Source: Ctenodactylus gundi
Taxonomy: Eukaryota
NCBI GenBank assembly: GCA_048771875.1
Contig: CM109709.1
Coordinates: forward strand, 44,196,541 to 44,260,540
DNA length: 64,000 nt
Direction of reading: 5' to 3'
Shown here piece by piece: positions 1 to 12,400 of the stretch (positions are counted from its first letter, which is position 1; each line of letters begins with the position of its first letter). A program made the translations under genes and the position numbers. The notes under the pieces were generated by a model that saw nothing but the letters and a program-made list of their open reading frames with translations, ran no database searches and was not told where the DNA came from.

Positions 1-1
1 G

Positions 2-592
2 GCGTATGATCGGTACCTGGCCATCTGCCGCCCTCTGCACTACCCCACCGTCATGACCGGGAGGCTGTGTATCACACTCGTGTCTTTGTGTTGGCTCACT
101 GGATTCCTTGGGTATCCAATACCCATCTTCTTCATCTCCCAACTCCCTTTCTGTGGTTCTAATGTCATTGATCACTTCCTGTGTGACATGGACCCACTGA
201 TGGCTCTGTCCTGTGCTCCGGCTCCTATTACTGAAACTGTTTTTTATGCTCAGAGTTCCCTTGTCCTCTTTTTCACTGTCACGTACATTCTTCGATCCTA
301 TATCCTGCTGCTCAGAGCTGTGTTTCGGGTCCCTTCTGCAGCTGGCCGGAGAAAGGCCTTCTCCACCTGCGGTTCTCACCTGGTTGTGGTATCCCTTTTC
401 TACGGGACAGTCATGGTGATGTATGTGAGTCCCACATATGGTGTTCCAACCTTGATGCAGAAGGTCCTCACACTGGTGTATTCAGTAATGACCCCGCTCT
501 TCAACCCTCTGATCTACAGCCTTCGTAACAAGGACATGAAACTCGCGCTGAGAAATGTACTGTTTAGAATGAGGATTAGTAAAAATTTGTGA
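2..592 (+). CDS. Olfactory receptor (class II), 3' partial CDS from TM3 to the stop. The gene starts upstream of the window.
   Basis: Translation from position 2 gives AYDRYLAICRPLHYPTVMT..., the OR 'MAYDRY' motif. It continues through the ...PLFNPLIYSLRNKDMKLALRNVLFRMRISKNL tail to a TGA at 590-592. The ORF is uninterrupted. Confidence 0.85.
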   Translation, partial: AYDRYLAICRPLHYPTVMTGRLCITLVSLCWLTGFLGYPIPIFFISQLPFCGSNVIDHFLCDMDPLMALSCAPAPITETVFYAQSSLVLFFTVTYILRSYILLLRAVFRVPSAAGRRKAFSTCGSHLVVVSLFYGTVMVMYVSPTYGVPTLMQKVLTLVYSVMTPLFNPLIYSLRNKDMKLALRNVLFRMRISKNL

Positions 593-1198
593 GTTGGACT
601 TATGTCATTCTTAGAGGTTCTGATTAAGAATAAGGTGGATATATATCATTTCTTCCAGGGGTCTTTCAATCTGCCATCAAAGTAGTTAAAGGTCATATAT
701 TTGTTCCCAGCTGCTGCATATTTTTGGTACTGGCTATTTAGACCTTAAAACACACACAGCAAGATGGCACTGTTTATGAAATAAGAGAAAGGTTTTCACC
801 AAACACTGAATTTGATGGTGACTTGATCTTAGACTCCCCAGGACCCAGATATATGGGAAATGAAAGTATGCTGTTTGTTTATACACGACCTCCTTTATGG
901 TATTTTGTTATAGCTGACTAATCAAGATTACAACCCACAGAAGAGAAGAGAACACTTGTAAATCATGTCTGTGGTCAGGGCTTAGAACCAAAATAAAGGA
1001 CACCTATAGCTCAGTACCACAAGGACAAGCAATCCGATTTTTTATAATAGGAAAAAGACCTTTACCCAAAGAATCGGTACAAGTAGCCAATAAGCACATG
1101 AAAATTACTCAGCATTATCAATTAGGTAAGGGTAAATCACAACCACAGTGAGGCACCCTTCGTGGACACTAGCAACCCTAGAGTTAGAAGGCAAGCAA

Positions 1199-1390
1199 TG
1201 GGCTGGAGGAATGGCTCAGTGGTTAAAGCACTTGTCTAGCAAGTGTCTAGCAAACACTCAGGCAAGTGCTAAATAATCACAGCACTCAGGAGGCTGAGAC
1301 AGGAGAATTGCAGTGAGTCTAAGGCTAGCCTGGCCTCCACCATGAGTTTAGAAAGAGTCTGGGTGACCCTGTCTCAAAAAAAAAAAAAAG
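1199..1390 (+). repeat. Composite SINE with a tRNA-like head, a B1/7SL-like body and an A-tail.
   Basis: gggctggaggaatggctcagtggttaaagcacttg...ggaggctgagacaggag...ccctgtctcaaaaaaaaaaaa. Confidence 0.8.
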
Positions 1391-1504
1391 GCAATTAACA
1401 CCAAGTGTTGGCCAGGAAGTAGAAAAACTTAAACTTTCATACATTGCCAGTAGAACAGCTTCTTTAAAAACAATGTGACAATTTCATGAATAAACACAAA
1501 GTTA

Positions 1505-1995
1505 CTTTTGAACTACATGTTTGTAGTTATTTTCTAATGTGAACTGGTGGGTAAGGCCAGATTTAAGAATAGAAACAAAGACATAGCAAAATACAGGAAA
1601 AAAACTTTTGGTAAATATCCCAATAAAGGGATTGTTTGGACTCAGAGAAGAGGGATCAAGATTGAACTACTGCGACCCATCCGAGGAATATGAAGCTGAG
1701 TTAGAGTGTTGACTTAAATGAAATGATTTAGGTGCAGAAGATTAATATGTTAAGTACTGTGTAGTTTCTCTGACTTGGAAAACCCAAAACACAGACATTG
1801 TATAGAACCACATGAAGTGATAGCCGGAGTTGGGAGATAGGCTAGGGAGGGGGTGGGAGAGTCAAAAAAGGGAAGGGATTGTAAAGTTGTTATGATACAT
1901 ATGTGCACAAAATACCCAAATTCATTGTAGACACTATGTATTACATATGTATATTAATAAAAATAGTGGGAAAAAAACATGAAGTTACCATATGT
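1505..1995 (+). mobile_element. Copy A of a ~0.5 kb interspersed element with an L1-like 3' end.
   Basis: It runs from ...cttttgaactacatgtttgtagttattttctaatgtg to gatacatatgtgcacaaaatacccaaattcattgtagacactatgtattacatatgtatattaataaaaatagtggg. It is about 90% identical to the copy at 5735..6245. A 7-bp flank repeat aagttac is present at about 1498 and 1988. Confidence 0.55.
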
Positions 1996-3895
1996 CTCAG
2001 CAATTTTGTTTGTAGATATAAACCTAAGAGAATAAGGAATGTATTTATACAAAATCTATATGCACAAATGTTTGTGGTAAAATTATTTATACAAGTCAAG
2101 GAGTAAAACAGGGTAATTAATTATCCATCAGTAGATAAACCAACAAAGAAAGTGTGGTGTATATTTAATATATATTAATATATTTATATTATTGAATTGT
2201 ACACTTTAAAGGAATGAATTTTTTCCATCAAGGAAAAAATGTGTGTAAAACCTGCAGTGAGATATCACTTCATAACTGTTATGTTGGTTTCTATCAAAAA
2301 GACAAAAGTGAAGCAGTACCGGCAGGGACGTGACATGGAGAAGGGTGACCTCTCATAGGCTGCGGGTGGAAAGGTAAACTGAGGCAGCCACTGTGGAAAT
2401 AGCATATCTGTGGTTCTTCCCTCAAAAACAGGACTACCCTAGGACCTTCCTATCCCCGTCTTGGGACAAAGGAATGGAAATCGAGATCTCGATGTGATCT
2501 AGGCACTACGGCAATGTCGTTCACGATAGCAGAGATGTAGAGGCAGCCCAAATGCCCATAGCTTTTTTTAAATGTGGCACATACCATAGAACGTTATTCA
2601 ACCTCAAGAGGGAAAGAAACCATGCCACTTGCAACAACCTGGCTGAATCTGGAAGAGACTATGCCAACAGGAATAAGGCTGATCCAGGAAAACACCATAT
2701 CTGATGACCGGAGGGTAGTTAGACTCAGAAGCAGAGACTCAAAGGTGGTTGCCTGCACTGGGGAAGGATAAAACAGGGAAGGGAATAAAGTTTTTGTTCT
2801 TCAAAACAAATGTGTCTTAGCTATGTACTAAAGAGCATGGTACTAGTCGTTAACAATAGTTTGTAACTTAAATTTTTCCGAGAGGGTAGATTTTAGGTTT
2901 AGCATTCTCATCACAAAACAGTAAAAGAGGATGGGAGGAAAATTTGCACTTATTACTAAACATGCCTAACTTTTTGCATGCCAATAATATCTCGATTTAA
3001 ATTTTTTAACGTAAATTTTTTTTTCTCCAAAGAAAACTGGAAAAATAAATAAATCTTAGCTATGCAAATATTTCCGATGGTCTCACCTAGACACTTGCAT
3101 TCTTCTGCCCCCTAGTGGACAATATGCTTCCATAGCCAGCCTAAGCATAACACAGGTAAAACCTGAACCCAACCCAAAAGAAATATGGAAAGAAGTATAT
3201 TAGCTTCAGTTGCCTGAAGACAGGGGTGGAGGAGTGGGGTCACTTTTTTGTGGTACCAAGGATGAAGCCAGGACCTTCATACTGAACTACATCTCCATTC
3301 CCCCAGAACAGACAGAATCACGCTAAATCACTAAATTTTCCAGGCTGGGCTCCAACCTGCAAACTGTCTTAGCCTCCTTAAAAGCATGAGCCACTATGCT
3401 CATCTTAAAACAAAAACTCACTTGATATTTAGTACTAAAACACTTCCTAAGTATATTTTCCCAATTTTAGATCTTAGTGAGTTGAAAATGACTTAGTCTT
3501 TCACCGCAAAATTTGGGAAGTGTCGTGTGTTGGAAACAATCAGTTAACAGGGAGTCAGACAGGGAAGGCTGCAGTCTCGGCTCCATATGAACAAGGCATG
3601 TGTCCTTAAATAAATGACTTCTCCTCTTTGGTTTCAGATCCTTTATCTGTACAAAAAGAAAGCTAACTGAGTGACTTTTTTAGTGCTGCCAGTACATATT
3701 GTTTGTGATCAGCCTCGTGGCACTTACTTTGTAGGGGAAACAGAAAAGTGAAGCACTGATTTTAATTTAGTGTGCAGAGTGATACAGAAAAGCAAGTAGA
3801 AGACGCTGTCAGAGCACATGGGAGTAGCGCTCAAACTGGTCAGACCTAAGGGCTTCTGGGAGGTGTCAGGGAAATCTTCAAGAAGCAGTAACATT

Positions 3896-4115
3896 GGGAC
3901 TGGAGGAAGAGCGCTGTGGTTAGAATGCTTGCCTAGCAATTGCAAGGCCTGGAGTTCAATTCCCCAGCACCACATAATGACTGATTGTGGTGGCATATGT
4001 CTGTAATCCCATCACATGAGAGGCTGAGGCAGGAGGACTGTTGTGAGCTCAAGATCAGCCTGGACTCCATAGTGAGTTCAGGACCAGCCTAGAATAGAGA
4101 GAGAGATCTTGTCTT
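3896..4115 (+). repeat. Composite tRNA/B1-like SINE.
   Basis: ...gcttgcctagcaattgcaaggcctggagttcaattccccagcaccacataa...ggctgaggcaggaggactgttgtgag... Confidence 0.8.
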
Positions 4116-4117
4116 GA

Positions 4118-4157
<40 letters not shown>

Positions 4158-4205
4158 GAAATAAGAAAGAAAGGAAGGGAGGAAGGAAGGAAAGAAAGAA
4201 GGAAT
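4116..4205. repeat. (GAAA)n / GA-rich microsatellite.
   Basis: gaaagaaagaaagaaagaaag...ggaaggaagg. Confidence 0.9.
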
Positions 4206-5040
4206 GGAGGTAACAATAACTGACTCCTACTAGGTTATTGGGAATTGGGAATCACCAGACAAGTGGGGATAGAGAAGGGATATGGTGGAAAAACAGTATT
4301 TATCTGGTGTCAGGAATGAAAATAGACAAGCAGTCAGGAAATTAAAAATAGTTCGTGCGGGCTGAAATACCCAATATAAGAAGTAAATGTCAAAAAATTT
4401 TTTTAAATGCACAAGACAGCTCAATTAAGGTCATATAAATTAAGAGACAAATTTTGAACTTACAATAGTCTTCTAAGATTAATGAAAAATATTTAACAAA
4501 TTTGACTCAATAAAGATACAAACACACACATTTTTGAAAGATTATTATGACTACAGAAGAAAGAACACTGGAGAAAAGAGATCAAGGCTACAGGAAGGGA
4601 ACCAACCATAAGAGTATCACAATAATCCGAAGAAGACATGATTACAGCCTCATCTGGGAGTAGCTCCTCTGGGTGTAGTCTACACTGACAGAAGTGACAC
4701 CCACAGGAAGTGTTAGAACCTGGTAGCACGAGTTAACATCTGTAATAACCAAGCATAGGATGGGTGGATTCGTTCCTTGAACACAATGTAAAATAGCCAC
4801 TGTAGTGTAGTACTCTCCGTATTGGCTTCTCACGCACAGAACCACATTAAAACAGGTAATATTTTAACATTAGCTTGTAAACAATAATCAAAAATTATAT
4901 AAAAATTGAAAACTAACATATGATAGCTTGTTTATGATCGATTTTTACTATATTATAAATTTTGGAAATAAAACATTTTAATACTAATTTATGGCAAAAT
5001 TAATTTCACTGGCCACTTTTTCAAGAAAAGATGCATTCTT

Positions 5041-5275
5041 GGGACTGGAGGAATAGCACAGTGGTTAAAGCACAAGGCCCTGAGTTTGGTTCCCCAGCAC
5101 CACATAAGCTGGGCGTGATGGCACACACTGTAAGTCCAGCACTAAGGGGGCAAAAGTCCAAGGCCAGCCTGGGCTCCATAGTGAGTTCAGAACCAGCTTG
5201 GACTACAGAGCAAGATCCTGTATCAAAAGAAAGAAAAGAAAAGAAAAAAGGAAGGAAGGAAGAAAGAAAGAGGTA
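5041..5275 (+). repeat. Composite tRNA/B1-like SINE.
   Basis: ctggaggaatagcacagtggttaaagcac...ccccagcaccacataagctgggcgtgatggcacac...agagcaagatcctgtatcaaaag. Confidence 0.8.
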
Positions 5276-5734
5276 CATTCTTTCTGGATGTGGCAACTGG
5301 AGCAAACAACAATAAAAACTTAGAAAGTGAAAGGGAGGCCAGCAACACCAATGACCCCAGAGGAAAACCGACAACAGCTAGAGGAGAATGAGCTGAGAAA
5401 AAAGTATGTTAGTAATCAGTGAAATATGAGTAAATAAGTTATGAAAGTTAAAAAATTCTGAAATAACTAAATTTGCCTTCATATCTGTTGCTTTAAGTAT
5501 ATTTATGTGGTATAGATTTAAGTTCATTTAACATAGCAATGTGATATAGTTTTAACTTTGTTTTATTGTAGCAATTCACTTATTAAGTCACTGATGAAAA
5601 TTTATCCTAAGAAAACTGATTGATGTAAAGATAACCCTGTGAATGTACAAATATTGTACCTTCCAGTATTCAGCTAAGGCATTTGAAGTTTAACTTTTTT
5701 TCTTCTTCTTTCCCAAATTTACTAGTCTTTTGAA

Positions 5735-6170
5735 CTACATGCTTGTAGTTATTTTCTAATGTGAACTGGTGGGTAAGGCCAGGTTTAAGAATAGCAACAA
5801 AGATATAGCAAAATACAGAAAAAAAAAAAAAAACTTTTGGTAAATATACCTAAAAAGGGATTGGTTGGACTCAGAGAAGAGGCATCAAGATTTAACTACT
5901 GCAACCCATTCGAGGATTAGGAAGCTGAGTTAGAGTGGTGACTTAAGTGAAATGACTTAGGTGCGGAAGATTAATATGTTAAACACTGTATGGTTTCTCT
6001 GACTTGAAAAACCCAGAACACAGACATTCTTTGGAACCACATGAAGTGATAGCCGGAGTTGGGGGAAGGGATAAGAAGGGGGTGGGAGGGTAGAAAATGG
6101 GAAGGGATTGTGAAGTCGATACGATACATATGTGTACAAAACACCCAAATTCATTGTAAATACTATGTTT

Positions 6171-6228
<58 letters not shown>

Positions 6229-6245
6229 AATAGTGCAGGGGGAAA
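5735..6245 (+). mobile_element. Copy B of the same element, interrupted by a (TA)n microsatellite.
   Basis: It has the same 5' boundary (tcttttgaactacatgcttgtagttattttctaatgtg) and the same 3' end (ttaataaaaatagtg). Confidence 0.55.
6173..6221. repeat. (TA)n microsatellite.
   Basis: tatatatatatatata... Confidence 0.9.
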
Positions 6246-6759
6246 TAAAATAAAGGAAAGGAAAGGAAAGAATGAGCCCTAATGTAAGCTATGGACTATG
6301 AGTGATCATGACATATCCATGTAGGTTCGTTGATTATGGAAAAAAAACGCACCGCCCTGACATGAGATGCTGATGACAGGGTATGTTGTGTGTGAAGCAA
6401 GAGGAAGGCCTAGGAGAACTGTGTACTTCCAATTTTACTCTGAAAGTAAAAGAAAACTAAAAATAAAGACTGATTTTAAAATAATTTTTAAAGTGTAATG
6501 GCCAATTATAGCCAATGCTGCCTAACTATGTTTACTTTGCTCCAAACAATGACAAACAGAAACAGACGAGGCAAGTGTCCCACAAAACCACTACCAAGAA
6601 GCAATATGTGGACCAAAATGTCATGGCTCACATTCCTCCACTGATAGGCTTTTTTCCACTCATTTCTCCCATCATCCCCCATGCCTACTCAGGATACCTC
6701 AACCAGCTACATTCTTTAATAAGAACAAAAAGACTTGGTCAGAATACAATAGTTGGCCG

Positions 6760-7420
6760 AGTCTAGAAGAGCTTGGCATCTCTCATGCTGCTTCCGGAGA
6801 AGCAATGCGCAAAGGAACTCTGTTCTCCTAGGCCTAAACAAAAAGTTGCCCAACGGATTAGAAAAAAAAAAAAAAAAAAACGTAAAGAAGCAGAGTAGCA
6901 GGAGAACCTGGGGCCCCAGGCACCAGCCGGGGCTCTCTGCAGCAGCCCTGTCTTGGATGGCACCGGAGTTGGACACCCTGGAGAGCCAATTAGGGAATGA
7001 AGTTGGCGTGAGGGAATGAGAAGTGGCTCCAGGAGCTCCCAATTAAAAGTAAGCGGATCCCACAGCACCAAGAGACCTTGACTCAGACTGTTGCATCAGC
7101 CAAGTTGCAGTACCAGCTCCCAGGTGGCAAGGAGAGAACAACGGGGTGGGGCGCGAGGACTCCCACACTCTGGCAAGTTTCCACCTCCCACCCCAGATGC
7201 GTACCCAATTAAGGTGTAAATTGCGTCTCTTGATTAGCCCTCTAGAAAAACCCAGCATGCTAGACAGGGCCAAGACATGAGATGCACCCTACAGAGTTAG
7301 CTAAGGGGCTGCCCACACAGCCGTCCTGCTAGCTCAGAACTGTTCGCGTCAAGTCAGACCCCATGAGACTCATTGTCCTTGGGGTTGAATAAACTTCCAG
7401 GACTACCTACCTCTCCATCC
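6760..7420 (+). repeat. Possible LTR or ERV-derived segment, unclassified.
   Basis: A non-SINE block contains poly(A) tracts, then CpG-containing sequence, then gggttgaataaacttccagg (an AATAAA in an R-like context). It has no clear PBS or TSD. Confidence 0.25.
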
Positions 7421-7801
7421 TCTACTAGGAAAATACCTAATGATTTTGAAAATGTGTTCACAAACACTCCTTGGGTTGATTTTTATGAAAACTTGAGTTT
7501 TTCCAAGTGTGTTTTAGTATTTCCGTCTAGGAATTTAAAGAAGTGAAAGAAGCCCATACTGGTGTTCAAGAGATCTGCCCAAAAGGCTACAGGCACATTT
7601 TTGTAATTTTTAAGCAATATCCACCATAATTAGGGATAGCTCTAGAAAGAAATGGAATAGTTACTCCAGTTAGGGAACTAAGAAGCCAGGAAGGAAACAA
7701 AGCTTTTTCTCCATATGCTTTTTTGAAACTTTTCAATTTTGTACCATTTATAAAGCCTCACAAATAAAGTGAAAAAGAAAGCTACAATGAAATAAGGTAA
7801 C

Positions 7802-7925
7802 GGGGCTGGAGGAATGGCAAAGTGGTTAAAGCGCTTGCCTTGTAAGCACAAGACCCTGAGATCAATTCCCCAGCACCACATAAAATTGGGCATACAAACC
7901 AAAAATAAATAAATAAATGAAATAA
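7802..7925 (+). repeat. ID-like, tRNA-derived monomeric SINE with an A-rich tail.
   Basis: gggctggaggaatggcaaagtggttaaagcgcttgccttgtaagcacaagaccctgagatcaattccccagcaccacataaa, followed by (aaat)n. Confidence 0.7.
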
Positions 7926-9777
7926 AGTAAAAAAGAAAGTTACAATTAGGGAGCAGAAAACCACAATCCAATTCTGTGTCTCCCTGCACAACGCCATCCC
8001 CCACGTGGAGCGAGAAGGCACAGTCACCCTCTTTCTCCTCAGTCTTGCCCTTTACGCCTCTTGCCACCTCTTCCACACATACATTCATGTACAGCTCTCT
8101 ATGAGAACTTTCCTACTGTTGCCCAGGAGAGATGAAGTCAGGGTCCCCAGGAGCCCATCTGGGCTTCTCTGCATCATCTAGGCCTTGTAGACTTATAAAT
8201 GAAAGCATGGAAGCCCGTTCTCTGCGTATCTGCCGGGAGCTGAGAGTGTGCTGCCAAAACGACCACCTAAGGAAGCCTGAAAGTGTGATCCTGGCCTACA
8301 GGTGGTGATCCCAACGAGATGATTTTCATTGGGAAAATTGAAACTGCATCTATGTCCAAGTAGGGTCAAGGTAAGAAGGTGGACAAATGGACACTTCAGC
8401 AGGAAGGATCAAGATGAGAGAAGGATGAAGGCCACAGAGTGACAGCGCCAAGCACCACGGTCTCCCACTGCCCAGGAAGCTGACAGGTCATGAGGGAAGA
8501 GGAGGAATATCTTCAGGAGATATCAGCCTGGCAGAAAGAGGTGGGTTCCCACCAAAAGAAAACCATGAGGATACTCAGCCTCAGTGGGACAGATGGTTAC
8601 GTACATTGAGAGATGGACATTAATTGATGACTCCTGGAAGAAGCTGCTCCTCAGGTGGCTTGTGACTCTACCAATTATAGACGTAGGAAAGCCAGTGAGC
8701 GGAGAAAGGAAGTGCTAATGGCCCTGACCAAGGGCAGTCCTTACCAGGGACTGCAACAGGAGACTTTACTTGAATAGCACAGATGCTCTTCCAGAAGTCT
8801 CTTGTTGGCTCCATGCAAATGTGTTGTAAATTGTCTGGTAGTCAAGAATTCTGACCTTGAAGACGAATCTTCAAAAAGTTTACAATCTCCAAGATGTAGG
8901 CAAATAATAGGATGCCTTCCGTGCTCTGAGGCTACGTAGAGAGAAGCATCAAAATCTAAAACCTACCTAAAATACAATTCTTTACCTCCAGTTACCACCT
9001 CTGTGGTCATCCGTAATACTAGCTGTCTCCATGTGTTCAGTTGTCCAAACTAGATATCAGAAAAGTCACTTGAGTTTCTTCAACTCCAGTGTTCTCAGAT
9101 CTGTGGATTATTCCTCCTAGATACTTTGTGGATTTCCGTTCCATTGTTAGCATTTCTTGTGGACCATTATGATAATTCTTTCTCCAATATGCTTTTCGTT
9201 GTTTAATAAGAATCATAATAGTAAGAATGCCCAAGTTTATGGGCTAGTACGTAGCAGACCCAGAAAAACCTATTATTAGACCTCAAGTGGTTTTTGCTGG
9301 TGTTCAGTTTTGTTTGTTTTGTAGAGCTGGAAATCAAACCCAAGGCTTTCTACCTACCAGGCAAGCCCTCTACCACACAGCTACATCCTCAGGCCCTGTA
9401 GGTATTTCTTATACCACAGACAAAGCAGGACACTAGCAAAGGCTGGCTTTAATAAACAATGGAAATGAGTCCAGTGTGAATCAAACTAAACTTAAGTACT
9501 GAGTCAGGAAAATGAAAAAGTACAAAAAGGTGAATGCCAGTCCACACGAAAGCCATCTGGGCTTAATGCACACTTAGAAAAATTAGGTTCTTCCAGAAGT
9601 CACATGACACCAGACCTGGTGAATAAGGTGAGGACACACAATAATTTTTTGTGAGCCTGTGTTTTTCACTGGATGGCACTTGGCAGCAGCATGCACAGGA
9701 TTTTTGAGTCTATATTTCAAGATATGAGAGAGGACTTCCAGAACTGCTTCAGAAAGTGGCCAGAACAATGGGGGATG

Positions 9778-9778
<1 letters not shown>

Positions 9779-9819
<41 letters not shown>
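9779..9819. repeat. (GT)n microsatellite.
   Basis: gtgtgtgtgtgt... Confidence 0.9.
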
Positions 9820-10199
9820 TACTGGGGATCCAGCCCTGGGCCTTCACACAGAGCTACACCAGTGTGAAGGGGTTAATAGCAATGTGTCTTGTATTACTAA
9901 TACTAAATACTAAAATTACTAATAATTTTTTAACTTAAACACTGTAGTTTTCAGTCATTCTTTGTCTATAGAAAGAACTTGTCTCAAAAAAAATAAGAAG
10001 AAAAAAGATTGCACTAAAAAGAAAAAACAAATTAGACTCCAAAGAGCTGGAAGACCAGCCCTATGGCATTGGTTGGAACAAACAGTAAGTTCTTTTGACA
10101 GCCTGAGTCTCTTCAGGCAGGTATCTTAGGGGGAACTCACGCTACTCCAGGGATGTAGCTCTGAGTATTAGAAAAGACGTTAGTGTCGTACACAAGTCT

Positions 10200-10415
10200 T
10201 TCTTTTTTTTTTTTTTTTTCTTTTGAGTCAGGGTCTTGCTCTGTAGTCCAAGCTGGTCCTGAACTCAATATGGAGTCCAGGCTGGCCTCAGACTCAGGAC
10301 AATCCACCTTGCCTCAGTCTCCAGAGTGCTGGGATTACAGGCAAATCAAACCGAGTACTTAGTGTTTGCCTAGCTAGGCAAGCGCTTTAACCACTGAGCT
10401 ATTCCTCATGCCCTC
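10200..10415 (-). repeat. Composite SINE.
   Basis: T-run, then gagtcagggtcttgctctgtagtccaagctggtcctgaactc...cactgagctattcctc. Confidence 0.8.
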
Positions 10416-10789
10416 TACTCAAGTCTTTATAGGCCAAGGTTGTGGGAAGAGCTCAGAGGAGCCTGGCTAAAGCCTGGCAAAGAGAGAATTCGCATCCACA
10501 ACTGTAGAAGAGGCACACAGCTCTCCACCTTGCAGCACTGCTGTGAGAATTAAATGAACAGACACAGGCCCAGCGCAGAGCGCGGGCCAAGCAGAGGCAA
10601 GGCGGCCCGTCGTGTTGGAATCACAGCTGTTGATAGAGTTGGGATGTGCGCCCAGACCCCTGGAGTTCCCACTTTCATCCATTATTCTTGGCATACTCTT
10701 CTGCTGTCTCAGCGGTGGTTGTGCTGCCCACGGCTTCATCCATCCCAGACACAGATCTGATCACAAAATTTCTTATTTTAAAATCCTCA

Positions 10790-10925
10790 AGCTGGGCCCA
10801 GTGGGGCAGGCCTGTAATCCCAGCACTCTGGAAGGCTGAGGCAGGAGGATCACAAGTTGGAGCCCAGCCTGGACAACTTAGCAACTTAGTGAGACCTCGT
10901 CTCAAAACCAAAAACAAAACAAAAA
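10790..10925 (+). repeat. B1-like (7SL-derived) monomeric SINE.
   Basis: gcctgtaatcccagcactctggaaggctgaggcaggaggatcacaagttggagcccagcctggacaac...cgtctcaaaacc. Confidence 0.7.
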
Positions 10926-11270
10926 GGGGGGCTAAAAATGTACCTCAGTGTAATGGCCTAGGGCTCAATCCCAAATGCCACAGAAATACAAACATACACA
11001 TACACACGACACCTGAGCAAGTCTGCAACTCCAGTAAGATGCTCCCTCAGGAGTCCTCAGCCTGCCTGCTTGGATTGCTTATCTTTCTTACCTCATCTCT
11101 GTCTCCTTCTTGGAATTCCATTGCAAAGTTCCCTACCACTTCCCTGATGTCTAGAAATTCCAGTGCTGTCTTATCTCTTTGCCTTCTACCAGTGTTTCTT
11201 TCCACTTGAAATGTTTTCTTCTCTGTAGTGCTATGAATAATTACACTTCAATATTCAACTCAGTAATTAG

Positions 11271-11500
11271 GGGGTGTATCTCAATGGTTAAAACACTTGC
11301 TTTGCATGCATAAGTCCCTGGGTTCAAATCCCCAGCACCCCATAAACATTAGCTGGGTACAGCGATGCACACCTGTAATCCTAGCACTTGGGAGGCTCAG
11401 TCAGGATTGCTGTGAGTTCAAAGCCAGCCTGGACCATATAGTGAGCTCAAGACTAGCCTACACTACAGAGCAAGAACTGTCTCAAAAAAAATCCAACTCA
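11271..11500 (+). repeat. Composite SINE.
   Basis: gggggtgtatctcaatggttaaaacacttgctttgcatgcat...cctgtaatcctagcacttgggaggctcag...gtctcaaaaaaaa. Confidence 0.8.
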
Positions 11501-12031
11501 ATCAAACATTACCTTTTTATGTGAACTTACTTGCGCATGTCTGCTCTAAGTTACCCAAGATAAACTTGTGCTGTGTCTGTCTCTACACTCTCAGGGCACT
11601 CATGACATTTCTATTTAATTAATTACCCAACTCCTACAAGCCATGAGTTTTCTGAAGTTTCTAATTCTCAAAATCATAGCTTCTAGATTAGAATCTGGCA
11701 TAAGTGTCCCATAAATTTACATGGAACCTATGAATGACCTTTAAAACAGCATTTCATGTTCCCACAGTACTTTGCGTTTCAGTCCACTGACACAACAAGA
11801 GCGACTACTGGAGGAGGAGCTCTTCAAGTAGAGTCTCAGAATCACTGTTGTTCTGCACACAAGGCTTCTGTCAGTGTCTACACCCAGTTGGCAGAACGCA
11901 CATTCTGTCAAGGGTGCCATCATGCAATGTGCTCACAGAGGCACAACAATGCCTACAACTCAAAGATAAATACGAATTCACTTCTGTTCTTAAGAGTTCA
12001 AATCATATAATGACATTATAGTACATGAGTC

Positions 12032-12250
12032 TGGAGGAATAGATCAGTGGTTAAAGCACTTGCCCAGCAAGAGCTAAGTACTAAGTTCAATCCCCCAGCA
12101 CCACGTAAGTCAGGCATGAAGCACACATTTGTAATCCCAGCACTCGGGAGGCTGAGGCAGGAAGACTGCTGTGAGTTTGAGGCCAGCCTGGACTACATAG
12201 GCAGCTCAGAACCAGCCCAGACTACAGAGTGAGACTCTGTCTCAAAAAAT
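12032..12250 (+). repeat. Composite SINE.
   Basis: ctggaggaatagatcagtggttaaagcacttgcccagcaag...gtgagactctgtctcaaaaaa. Confidence 0.8.
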
Positions 12251-12290
12251 GAAATTATAGTACAATATAATTATATTATACTATATGGAA

Positions 12291-12400
12291 CTGGGCTGAA
12301 GGAATAGCACAGCAGTTAGAGCGCTTGCCTAGAAAGCAGGAGGACCTGAGTTCAATTCCCCAGCACCACATACTAGGCGGGTGTGGTGGCACACGCCTTC
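12291..12400 (+). repeat. ID-like SINE, 3'-truncated.
   Basis: gggctgaaggaatagcacagcagttagagcgcttgcctagaaagcaggaggacctgagttcaattccccagcaccacata. Confidence 0.7.

Noticed and set aside
5021-5374. ORFs of 117 aa on the minus strand and 94 aa on the plus strand.
   Set aside because: They lie inside a composite SINE and its GA-rich tail.
10646-11209. Plus ORF of 187 aa.
   Set aside because: It runs through a B1-like SINE (10790-10925) and low-complexity sequence, and has no recognisable domain.
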